Origin: Vicinamibacterales bacterium
GTDB lineage: Bacteria; Acidobacteriota; Vicinamibacteria; Vicinamibacterales; UBA2999
Direction: 5' to 3'
NCBI GenBank assembly: GCA_965262505.1
Contig: CBDHFM010000030.1
Coordinates: forward strand, 3,237,722-3,301,721
DNA: 64,000 nucleotides
Each line of letters begins with the position of its first letter. The first letter of the stretch is position 1. This document shows, in pieces, positions 21,205-29,552 of the stretch. A program made the translations under genes and the position numbers. Under the pieces are notes generated by a model. It was not told the origin of the DNA, made no database searches, and saw nothing but the letters and a program-made list of their open reading frames with translations.

Positions 21205-21705
21205 AGCACCGCCATGCGCCGCGGCACCATGCGGTGTTGCCCTACCATGCGGTGCCCGCGTTCCTTCGCACGCGCCAGGCGGCGGAGGCGAGCGAGGCGA
21301 GTCGGCTCGCGTTTGAGTTCCTCATCCTCACGGCGGCCCGGACGAGTGAAGTGCTCCTGGCGACGTGGTCTGAAGTCGATCTGGACACCCGCACGTGGAC
21401 GATTCCCGGGGTGCGGATGAAGAGCGGCCGCGCGCACAGCGTGCCGCTCGCGCCCCGCGTCCTCGAGATCCTCCACCGAGCGAAGGGGCTGTCCGATGGC
21501 GGTCCGTATGTGTTCCCCGGTCGAGCGCGAACGAAACCCCTCTGGAACATGGTCTTGCTGATCCTGTTGCGCCGCCTCCAGCGCGACCACCTCACGGTGC
21601 ACGGGTTCCGCAGCACGTTTCGGGATTGGGCAGCCGAACGCACGAATGTGCCGCGCGCGATCTGCGAAGCCGTCCTGGCCCACACGCTCCGGGACAAGGC
21701 CGAAG
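21205..21705 (+). pseudogene. Second P4-type integrase, catalytic-domain fragment truncated at both ends
   Basis: LPYHAVPAFL..., LTAARTSEVLLATWSEVD, AHSVPLA, HGFRSTFRDWA and LAHTLRDKAEA, after which the sequence diverges. There is no N-terminal domain. Confidence 0.8.
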
Positions 21706-21857
21706 CAGTCCTTTCCAATCCAGAAATGAGCCTGAAGCGGATCGATGAGCCGGACATGTCAGGCAGCCGGGTCAATAGACCGGAATAGCCGTGCGCGTGC
21801 CTCGTGCAGGGCGCGCGCGGCATCATTGTCGCTCAGGGCGAAGGCGACGGCGTCGAG

Positions 21858-22205
21858 CTATTGGAAGGTGGTCCCCGGGGTGAGGTAGACGGCGGCCTCG
21901 GGGAGCGACTTGAGCTTCTCATAGGGCGTCATGATGTCGGCGTCGCGGTAGCGCTTGCGGCGGCGGCCCTTGGCCAGAAAACATCGGAGCAGACCCTTCT
22001 CAGCCTTCCCTTGGTGGACATAGTCGAACCGGCCCAGGGTCTGCTCGATGAACCCATAGGCCGCAGCTCGAGTCGCCACGACCAGGTCGACCTCCTGGTT
22101 GCCCTCAAGGAACTCCCGAACGTGCTGCAAGGTCCGTAGCCGGTCGGTGTGGAGCGTCACGATCATCCTCCGATGATCCACGACCCAGCTCCCCTTCAGG
22201 CTCAT
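21858..22205 (-). pseudogene. Internally deleted DDE-transposase remnant
   Basis: The 115-aa ORF joins N-terminal-like (LRTLQHVREFLEGNQ...) and C-terminal-like (TPYEKLKSLPEAAVYLTPGTTF) transposase segments. The assignment is tentative. Confidence 0.4.
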
Positions 22206-22251
22206 GTGTCGTTGGAAACAATCCCCCCTTCAGGCTCATGTCTCATTGGAA
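22191..22251. repeat. 34-bp-period tandem duplication of ccccttcaggctcatgt(g/c)tc(g/a)ttggaa
   Basis: Copies at 22191-22217 and 22225-22251. It duplicates the 5' end (antisense) of the remnant ORF. Confidence 0.7.
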
Positions 22252-22992
22252 GAGACTCCCGACGCTCTGGATGATCTGGTCCATCGATCCACCACGGATC
22301 CCGGCGCCCCGTTGGCGCGGGACGTGGTTGCAGCCTTGGCCGATCTGCAACGTAAGGATCCCCAGGCCTTCGAGGGGTTGCGCGCGCAACTCAAGAATGT
22401 CGGCGTGCGGATGACGGGGCTCGATAAGGCCCTCGCCGACGCGGGCGGAGAGACATCCGACCGCCAGCCGAAGCAGACGGACACGTTGATTGAGCTCGCG
22501 AGTCGGGCGGAGCTGTTTCATACAGCCGATGGCACAGGCTACGCGGACCTCGACGTCACCGGGCATCGTGAGACGTGGCCGATTCGCCGGAAGGGATTCC
22601 GCCTGTGGCTGACGCGGGCGTTCTTCGGCGCCACCCACGGCGCGCCGAACTCTGAGGCCCTGCAGTCGGCGCTCAACGTCGTGGATGCTAAAGCGCACTT
22701 CGATGCCGACGAACGGGACATCCACGTGCGCGTGGCCGGCCTGGACGACCGACTCTATCTCGACCTCGCCGACGCCGCTTGGCGCGCCGTGGAGATCGCT
22801 CGCGCCGGCTGGCAGATCGTGGACTGCCCGCCTGTGCGCTTTCGCCGCGCGGGGGGCATGCAGCCGCTGCCCACGCCTGATCCGGGAGGCTCCATCGCGC
22901 TCCTACGGCCCTACCTCAACGTTCAGACCGATGCCGATTTTGTGCTGGTCGTTTCGTGGATGCTCGCCGTGCTGCGGCCCCACGGCCCGTAT
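22250..22992 (+). pseudogene. N-terminal fragment of an island-type primase/helicase-associated protein, truncated by an IS
   Basis: ...AELFHTADGTGYADLDVTGHRETWPIRRKGFRLWL...PPVRFRRAGGMQPLPTP...LRPHGPY then runs into the IS end at 22993. The expected P-loop half is missing. Confidence 0.5.
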
Positions 22993-23037
22993 TGGGCTTG
23001 ATCCGATCTCGTGGACACGTTCCGAAAGGTGGAGACG

Positions 23038-23490
23038 ATGTCCCGAATGGCAGCAACCACACGTCGGCGGTCACGCCGGCAATTCAGTGACGAGTTCCGG
23101 GCTGGGGCGGTCCGGCTGGTGTTGGAAGAGGGGAAGACGGTCGGCGCCGTCGCCCGCGAGTTGGATCTTACCGAATCGGCCTTGCGGCAATGGGTCGAGC
23201 GGGCGCGCGCCGACCGCAGCGGGGGCCGTACCGGTCTGACGACCGCCGAGCGGGAGGAGCTGGCTCGGCTGCGCAAGGAGAATCGCATCCTCGCCGAGGA
23301 GCGCGACATCTTAAAAAAAGCGACGGCCTTCTTCGCGAAGCAGAGCCGGGAAGATTTCGGTTCATTGCCGTGGAGAAGGCCAGGCACACCGTCATCATTC
23401 TGTGCCGGTGTCTCGCGGTCACACGCAGTGGGTTCTACGCGTGGCAACGACGCCCGGAATCGGCACGATCACGAGACGACCGGCGGGTGA
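23038..23490 (+). CDS. IS3-B OrfA (HTH); OrfAB fusion expected by -1 frameshift near 23313
   Basis: RRQFSDEFRAGAVRLVLEEGKTVGAVARELDLTESALRQWV...LRKENRILAEERDILKKA. Confidence 0.85.
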   Translation: MSRMAATTRRRSRRQFSDEFRAGAVRLVLEEGKTVGAVARELDLTESALRQWVERARADRSGGRTGLTTAEREELARLRKENRILAEERDILKKATAFFAKQSREDFGSLPWRRPGTPSSFCAGVSRSHAVGSTRGNDARNRHDHETTGG

Positions 23491-24203
23491 AGGTCCTCGT
23501 CCAAGCGTCCGTTGACGCGAGCAAACAGCGCTATGGCAGCCCGCGCATTCACGAAGACCTGATCGAGCAGGACGAGCAGGTGAGTCGCAAACGGGTCGTC
23601 CGGCTGATGCAGGAAGAAGGCCTGGTCGCACGGGCCCGGAAGCGTGACAAAGTAACCACCATGAGCGATCACGACCAGCCGGTCGCGGCGAATCTGCTCG
23701 ACCGCCAGTTCGAGGCGGACGCCCCGAATCAGCGGTGGGTCGGCGACACGACCGAGTTCGTCATCGGCAGCAGCGGTAACCTGTACCTCGCGGCGGTCTT
23801 GGATCTGTGCTCGCGGTTCATCGTGGGGTGGGCCGTCAGCGCGGTGAACGACCGGCACGTGACCATCAAGGCCTTGGAGATGGCGCTCAAGCGCCGGTGC
23901 CCGGACATCGGCCTCCTCCATCATTCCGATCAGGGTTGTACGTACGCAAGCGAGGATTCTCAGGACCTCCTCGAGGCGCGTGGCATCGTCTGCAGCATGA
24001 GCCGACGTGGCAACTGCTGGGACAATGCCGTCATGGAGAGCTTCTTCTCGACCGTCAAGAGCGAGCGCGGCGAACACGTCGACAGTCACGGCGACGCGAA
24101 GATGGAGTTGTTCGATCACATCGACGTGTTCTATCACCAGCGACGTCGCCACTCGACGCTCGGCCAGATCAGTCCGGCCGCCTTCGAACGGCAGGCGGCG
24201 TAG
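23190..24203 (+). CDS. IS3-B OrfB frame (DDE/rve transposase; functional part starts after the slippery site)
   Basis: NQRWVGDTTEF, AAVLDLCSRFIVGW, HHSDQGCTYAS and NCWDNAVMESFF. Confidence 0.88.
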   Translation: MGRAGARRPQRGPYRSDDRRAGGAGSAAQGESHPRRGARHLKKSDGLLREAEPGRFRFIAVEKARHTVIILCRCLAVTRSGFYAWQRRPESARSRDDRRVKVLVQASVDASKQRYGSPRIHEDLIEQDEQVSRKRVVRLMQEEGLVARARKRDKVTTMSDHDQPVAANLLDRQFEADAPNQRWVGDTTEFVIGSSGNLYLAAVLDLCSRFIVGWAVSAVNDRHVTIKALEMALKRRCPDIGLLHHSDQGCTYASEDSQDLLEARGIVCSMSRRGNCWDNAVMESFFSTVKSERGEHVDSHGDAKMELFDHIDVFYHQRRRHSTLGQISPAAFERQAA

Positions 24204-24532
24204 GGCATGGACGCTGCCATCCCTGCGGACGCACAGAACGCGCCCACAGGGATTTGGAAATCTCGCACAGAACGCGAGATTCCCACAGCGCCCCCACCCA
24301 TCATCGTTGTTGTGAACGAACGAAAGAACAACGGAGACTCAAACAGCGTAGCTAAACCGTCCACCGAATCGGATCAGGCCCACCAACGCGACTTTTGCCT
24401 TCAGTTCAGCAGGATAACTCCGTCTCTTCCGTGGCAGGCCAGACTCCTTCTCCTGGGTCTGGATCCCACCTTAGCAAGCTGTCCGAATTTCGGGGTCCAC
24501 CTCTCTCTTGTGGGGCGTGCCGGTTGCCGATA

Positions 24533-25339
24533 ATGCTTCTGTCAGCCATGCGTACGTACGTCGATTCCAGGATTCGTTGGTGCGGTCCGGCACGGAAGGT
24601 GCTGGTCCCGGTCGTGGGCCTGGCCGTTCTGTTCGCGGCACGCGGAGTGGCCGCTCAGGGTCTGCGCGGCAGCGCCGCGTCACTCGACCGGCAGAACCGG
24701 CAGGCGCGCCTGCACGACTTCACGTATCTGCAGGGGCCAGGTCAGCTCCGGCGATTCGTTTCGGCGGGCCTGCTCGTACCCGTCGAGGGCAACGCGGACT
24801 ACCTGTTGAAAGATGTCTCGTTTCAGGTGGCGCGGCCCGAGGTGCGGTTGTTCGTCGAACGGCTCGCGGCGCAGTATCGCCGGGCGTGTGGGGAACGGCT
24901 CGTGGTGACGAGCCTCACGCGGCCGGTGTCGAACCAGCCGGGCAACGCCTCGGATCGGTCGGTCCACCCGACCGGGATGGCCTTGGACCTGCGGCGCCCG
25001 ACGACGGGGCGGTGCGGGACCTGGCTGCAGTCCACGCTGCTGTCGCTCGAGCGGGCACGTGTGCTCGAGACGACGCTCGAGCGCCTGCCTCCGCACTTTC
25101 ATGTTGCGGTCTTTCCCACCGCATACGTGCGCCACGTGGCGCGGCTGACGGGTCGCACCGCATCGGCCGTGGTGGCCGCGGCGACGGGACCCACCCGGCA
25201 CACCGTGCGGCCGGGCGAGTCGCTCTGGCGCATCGCCTCCCGGTATGACACGACACCGACCGCGATTCAGCGCTCGAACGGCCTGTCATCGAGCGTCATC
25301 CACCCGAGCCAGGTGCTCGAGGTCCCCGTCAGGCAGTAG
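24533..25339 (+). CDS. Secreted LAS/M15-type metallopeptidase-like protein with a C-terminal LysM domain
   Basis: Signal-like N-terminus. SVHPTGMALD (H-x6-D) and PPHFHVAV (HxH) fit the LAS zinc site. The C-terminus HTVRPGESLWRIASRYDTTPTAIQRSNGLSSSVIHPSQVLEVP is a LysM domain. Confidence 0.7.
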   Translation: MLLSAMRTYVDSRIRWCGPARKVLVPVVGLAVLFAARGVAAQGLRGSAASLDRQNRQARLHDFTYLQGPGQLRRFVSAGLLVPVEGNADYLLKDVSFQVARPEVRLFVERLAAQYRRACGERLVVTSLTRPVSNQPGNASDRSVHPTGMALDLRRPTTGRCGTWLQSTLLSLERARVLETTLERLPPHFHVAVFPTAYVRHVARLTGRTASAVVAAATGPTRHTVRPGESLWRIASRYDTTPTAIQRSNGLSSSVIHPSQVLEVPVRQ

Positions 25340-25854
25340 ACCACGCCGGCCGGCGTCCGGACGGCGTGGTGCTTGCGGCCTTTTTCCTGGAGCCGCAGCC
25401 ACCAGCGCTTGCCCTGCTGGTAGTAGTCCTCGACGCGCATCCCGACGACGGCCGAGACGCGCGCAAAGCTGTAGACCATCACGCCCAACAGGGCGCGATC
25501 GCGCAGGCCGGAGAGGGTAGACGTGTCGATGGTGTCCAGCAGCAGCCGCGCTTCGGCGGGCTGCAGCGCCGGCGTCTTGCCCGTCCTGACGACGTGGGTC
25601 GGTCCACGGACCGAGGCGGCCGGGTTGGCGGGCACCACTTGCCCGGTCACCAGTCAATCGAACAGCCGGCGGATGGCGGCCAGATGCTGCTTGATCGAGG
25701 GGGCGCGATATCGGCCTTGTATGTCTTCGATGTAGGTGGCCACCGCGATCGGTGAAATCTGTGTGAGCGCGAGCCCGCGCGCGGTGAAAAAGTCCACGGT
25801 CCGCTCGGCGGCCTGCGGCCCGGCGCGGGTGGGGGAGTCGGCCGTGTCATCCAC
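25340..25854 (-). pseudogene. Tyrosine recombinase, frameshifted near 25650 and 3'-truncated
   Basis: ISPIAVATYIEDIQGRYRAPSIKQHLAAIRRLFD(W) then, after the frame change, TGQVVPANPAASVRGP...RDRALLGVMVYSFARVSAVVGMRVEDY...LRLQEKGRKHH. The catalytic HxxR and Y parts are absent. Confidence 0.75.
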
Positions 25855-25899
25855 TAAATAGAAACATAACGTCCTTTAACCGATCCGACTGTGTCTGCG

Positions 25900-26640
25900 T
25901 CATCGGCTCGGTCCAACATCGGGCTCGGGCTGCGACTGCGGGCCACGGTCCTCGCTGCGCACCAGCCCCTTGACCTTCTCGGCCACGTGCCGGATGAGGT
26001 CCCGAATCTGTTCCTGGATGGTGCGAATGGCTTCATGCCCGGCGGCCCGCTCCTGCTCGCGATCGCGGTTGCCCTCGGCGATCTGATCGTTTCGCCGGGT
26101 CCGCTCGTTGGCCTCACCCGTCCGCAGCATCATCCAGGCCGCCCGGCCCAGGTGAATCTCCGGGTCACGGTCGAGGGTTTCGGCCCGCGCGGTGTCGCCG
26201 CGCTGCAGGGCCTCGTCCCGCTGCGCGACCAGGGTCCGGTGGTCGATGCGCTCGGCGTGGCCGTGCCGCTCCAGGGCGCGGTTCGCGCTGGCGGCCCAGT
26301 CCTCGCGCCAAGTCGCTAACTGCTCTTTCTTGTTCCAGTCCCGATTCTTCGGCCCGAAGCCCTCCGGGCCGAGGGTCCGGGTGGTCAGCATGATGTGGGC
26401 GTGCGGGTTCTCGCCCTGCCCGCCGTGGTAGGCGAGATCGGCCACCATACCCCTGTCCACAAAGGCGCGCTGCGCGTAGTCGCGCACGAGCGCGCGGCCG
26501 TCCTCGGGCCGCAACTCGCGGGGAATCGCCACGCGGACCTTGCGGGCGACCTGCGCATCCTTCCGGCGCTCGGCCGCTTCGACCCCGTTCCACAGCCGTG
26601 CGCGGTCCTGCGCCCACTCTGGCGCAGCTCGCGGGGCCAG
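25900..26640 (-). pseudogene. MobA/MobL-family relaxase fragment lacking its N-terminal catalytic-Tyr region
   Basis: PEWAQDRARLWNGVEAAERRKDAQVARKVRVAIPREL..., GENPHAHIMLTTR and ANRALERHGHAERIDHRTL. The first ~60 codons of the ORF do not look relaxase-like. Confidence 0.7.
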
Positions 26641-26643
26641 GAT

Positions 26644-26824
26644 CTCGGCCAAGGAACGGAAGCGCGACACGAGGCGGAAGATCCTCGCTGGGGCCTGTGT
26701 GCTCGACCGCGCCGACAAGGACCCGGACGCCGCGCGGCATCTCAGAAAAATCCTCGATGCCTTCCTGACCAAGCCCCAGGACCGGGCTCTGTTCGACCTG
26801 CCGCCCCGGCCCAAAGACGCCTGA
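26644..26824 (+). pseudogene. Possible TraD/MobC-like small mobilisation protein, C-terminal fragment
   Basis: KERKRDTRRKILAGACVLDRADKDPDAARHLRKILDAFLTKPQDRALFDLP resembles small accessory proteins encoded divergently from MobA/L relaxases. This comes from memory only. Confidence 0.3.
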
Positions 26825-26874
26825 TGAGCCACGAGCGCCTGAACTGCGTGTGTGCTCGCTGGTACAATACCGAC

Positions 26875-27840
26875 ATGGGACCTATACCATCCGAAGGGGG
26901 GGCGCGGTCGGCGTGGCGCGCGGGCCTCTCCGTGGCGCTATGCCTCTCAATCCTGGGGATGGCGGACGCCGCCAGCGGCCAGTCCCTCCGGAACGGCTTC
27001 TATGCTGGCCTCGAGATGGGGAGGGCGAACGCGTCCCCCCTCACCTCGAGCGTCACCGGGGTCAACCACCAGACGCGGTGCGACCGGCTCCTCTATCCGG
27101 CATCGACCAGCCCGCCGGCCAGCGACGAGGCGTGCCGCGCCAGCACGCCGACGGTCATCCTGCGCAACGCGTTCGACCTGGGGGGCGGGGCCGTGAGCGG
27201 CCTCCTGGCCGGCTACCGGGCCGACCGGGTGCGCGTCGAGGTGGAGTACCTCACCAGGTCCCAGGGGCCCGCCACCGCGGCGGTCGGGGCCACCACGAAC
27301 GTGGTGCTCCAGGGCAAGGACACCGAGTGGAGCGACGACCAGCCGCCGCGCGAGTGGATCCGGGACTACGCCGCCCACCAGATCTTCGCCAACCTGTACT
27401 ACGACTTTCCGAACGAGTCGCCCTGGACGCCGTACGTCGGCGGCGGCCTGGGCGTGGCCATCACCACCCTGCACTATGCCAACCAGTTCATCCGGAAGCC
27501 GGAAACCGAGTACCTGCGCATCGACTTCGAGCCGGACTGGCCAGCCGCCGCCAAGCGCGCCGCAGCGGGTACCCTCAGCTCCCTCGATACGACGGTGCGT
27601 CAAGAAGCGTTTGGGTTCCAGGTGCTCGCCGGCGCCGACTACGCGCTGACCGAGCACACCTCGGTCGGCGTGACGGGGCGCTGGGCCCAATTCGGCCATA
27701 TCACCGACGAGGCGACCTGGGATCTTATCCGCAGCCATGCGCCCGTGCAGGCGGACGGCGTCACCCCATTCGACACCACGCAGCGATTCGAGGGCATCAG
27801 CTACCTGGCGGTAACGGTCGGCCTGAAGTACTACTTCTGA
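26875..27840 (+). CDS. Outer-membrane beta-barrel protein
   Basis: Signal peptide ...LSILGMADAASGQ, alternating beta-strand pattern, PYVGGGLGV motif and terminal ...VGLKYYF. Confidence 0.8.
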   Translation: MGPIPSEGGARSAWRAGLSVALCLSILGMADAASGQSLRNGFYAGLEMGRANASPLTSSVTGVNHQTRCDRLLYPASTSPPASDEACRASTPTVILRNAFDLGGGAVSGLLAGYRADRVRVEVEYLTRSQGPATAAVGATTNVVLQGKDTEWSDDQPPREWIRDYAAHQIFANLYYDFPNESPWTPYVGGGLGVAITTLHYANQFIRKPETEYLRIDFEPDWPAAAKRAAAGTLSSLDTTVRQEAFGFQVLAGADYALTEHTSVGVTGRWAQFGHITDEATWDLIRSHAPVQADGVTPFDTTQRFEGISYLAVTVGLKYYF

Positions 27841-27959
27841 CGGATCCAGGGCCGTCGGATCGAGCGGTGGCCGTCTGCTCGCTCACGTGGGCCTGAGATA
27901 GTCGTCCTCACCGCGTTTCCTAGTCGTGTGTAGCGAGTTGGAAGGGCACCTTTCGGCTC

Positions 27960-28013
27960 TATGGGCCTTTTGAGCCGCAGCGGGCCATGGGGGGCACCCG
28001 GAGGGCCGGAGCG
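27960..28013. repeat. Copy 1 of a ~55-65-bp imperfect direct repeat
   Basis: tatgggcc..ttgagccgcagcgggccatggggggcacccggagggccggagcg, compared with 28741-28808. Confidence 0.7.
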
Positions 28014-28335
28014 TCAGCGGAGGACGGCGTAGCCGTTGACGCGCCTGGCGGGCGGAGACTATTCAGAGCTGGTTTGGGGATGGGCGTTGCGTATCGCAGT
28101 AACAGTTTGTGGCCAGAACGCTGGGGAAATCCGTCTGTGTGGCGCCAGTCGAGGATGGGCTCGCCATCGACAATATGGTTTGGCCTACAATCCACGCTGG
28201 CGGCTGTGAGCGGTCGGTAGAGCGCCGTTCGCAGACTGCCGATGAGTAGGCCCGGCCAGGGAACGCCCGTCACAGGCGACCATCGCGCCGGGGTGAGGAC
28301 ACCCACTTACTGAGCCGCGGCGCCGGAGAGGAGGC

Positions 28336-28731
28336 ATGAGGCAAAACGTCTTGCTGTCGGTGATGTTGGTCGCAGCGACGGGCCTATTGGGCGGGTGCGA
28401 CTCGATCGATTTTCTCAACCCCTTCTCGCCCGATAAGGTGGACCTGCAGCCGTTGTTCGCGGAATTGGTGCCGAACCAGACCTGGACGGTCGGCACCGCC
28501 GTGCACCTGTCGCTGCCGGCTGCGAGCGATGGAAACCCGCCGCTGACCTACGACCTCTCGCCGGCCCTTCCCGCCGGACTCACGTTCGACGCCAGCTCGC
28601 GGACCCTCACCGGCACGCCGACCGCCGTTCTGCCGATGACCGGCTACATCTATACCGTCACCGACGACGACGACGATACCGCGTCGATCCAGTTCCAGGT
28701 CAGCGTGGTCGCGGCATCCACCGGAGCCTGA
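28336..28731 (+). CDS. Lipoprotein with a cadherin-like/'putative Ig' domain
   Basis: Lipobox LLGGC. PPLTYDLSPALPAGLTFDASSRTLTGTPT is the typical He_PIG/dystroglycan-type repeat signature. Confidence 0.8.
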   Translation: MRQNVLLSVMLVAATGLLGGCDSIDFLNPFSPDKVDLQPLFAELVPNQTWTVGTAVHLSLPAASDGNPPLTYDLSPALPAGLTFDASSRTLTGTPTAVLPMTGYIYTVTDDDDDTASIQFQVSVVAASTGA

Positions 28732-28740
28732 CCTGAACCT

Positions 28741-28808
28741 TATGGGATGGCTAGTTGTGCCTCCTTGAGCCGCCGCTGGCCAGGCGGGTCACCCGGAGGG
28801 CCGGAGCG
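28741..28808. repeat. Copy 2 of the imperfect direct repeat; abuts the Tn3-family IRL
   Basis: tatggg...ccttgagccgccgctggccaggcgggtcacccggagggccggagcg. Confidence 0.7.
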
Positions 28809-28859
28809 GAGTTGGGGCTTGGGGAGCAATGGAACCGAAAGTACGGTAGAAGACTCGAT

Positions 28860-29411
28860 CTAGGTCCGCCGGAGTAGCCGCGACACCGTTGCCGGGTGGA
28901 CGCCGAACAGGCGCGCCGCGTCGGCGGCGGTCTTCTTCCCCTGCTTGACGAGCGTCACAATTTCCTGTTGCTGGTGGGGCTTGAGCTTCGGCGGCCGGCC
29001 GCCGATCCGGCCTTCCTTGCGCGCGGCGTCGAGGCCCGCCTTGGTCCGTTCCTTGAGCATCGCGCGCTCGAACTCGGCGAACGCGCCGACCATCTGCATC
29101 ATCATCCGACCCGCGGGCGTGGTGGTGTCCACCGCTTCCTTGAGGCTGCGAAAGCCTGCGTGGCGCTCCTGCACCCGCTCCATGATGGTCAGTACATCGC
29201 GCAGGGAGCGTGACAGGCGATCGAGTGTCCAGACGACCACCACATCGCCTTTCCGGAGCTGACTGAGCAGCTTGTGCAGCTCGGGCCGATCCCAGCGGCC
29301 GCCGGAGGCGTTGTCGCGGAAGATGAGCTCACAGCCGGAGGTTTTGAGCGCGGCGACCTGAGCGGCGGTAGTTTGCTCGCCAGTGGAGACGCGCGCGTAG
29401 CCGATGAGCAT
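28860..29411 (-). CDS. tnpR: Tn3-family resolvase (serine recombinase)
   Basis: MLIGYARVSTGEQ..., DRLSRS, and C-terminal HTH AADAARLFGVHPATVSRLL. Confidence 0.92.
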   Translation of the reverse strand: MLIGYARVSTGEQTTAAQVAALKTSGCELIFRDNASGGRWDRPELHKLLSQLRKGDVVVVWTLDRLSRSLRDVLTIMERVQERHAGFRSLKEAVDTTTPAGRMMMQMVGAFAEFERAMLKERTKAGLDAARKEGRIGGRPPKLKPHQQQEIVTLVKQGKKTAADAARLFGVHPATVSRLLRRT

Positions 29412-29552
29412 GATTGCGTAAAGGTATTGCATACGTGCCTGGTAATGCAATACTGTTTTGCACCCTGTAAACGTGGGGTTTCCTGCCGATCGCCCCTCCG
29501 TGCGCAAACCATCGTTTATGCAACTCCGCCACGTCGGGAGGCCGCGAGGCCC

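Larger units (their letters stand above)
22993..24382 (+). mobile_element. IS3-family element 'B', copy 1
   Basis: IRL is tgggcttgatccgatctcgtgg; IRR reverse complement is tgggcctgatccgattcggtgg. It has orfA/orfB with an A7G slippery run at 23313-23320. No matching flanking duplication. Confidence 0.88.

Noticed and set aside
26395-27840. 481-aa ORF as the full OMP gene
   Set aside because: The first 160 codons are antisense to the relaxase fragment and are Arg/Pro/Gly-rich. A proper signal peptide follows the ATG at 26875.
27960-28808. The bracketing repeats as integron attC sites
   Set aside because: There is no intI gene or attI nearby. I could not find the RYYYAAC/GTTRRRY core pair, and the repeats are direct copies rather than imperfect palindromes.
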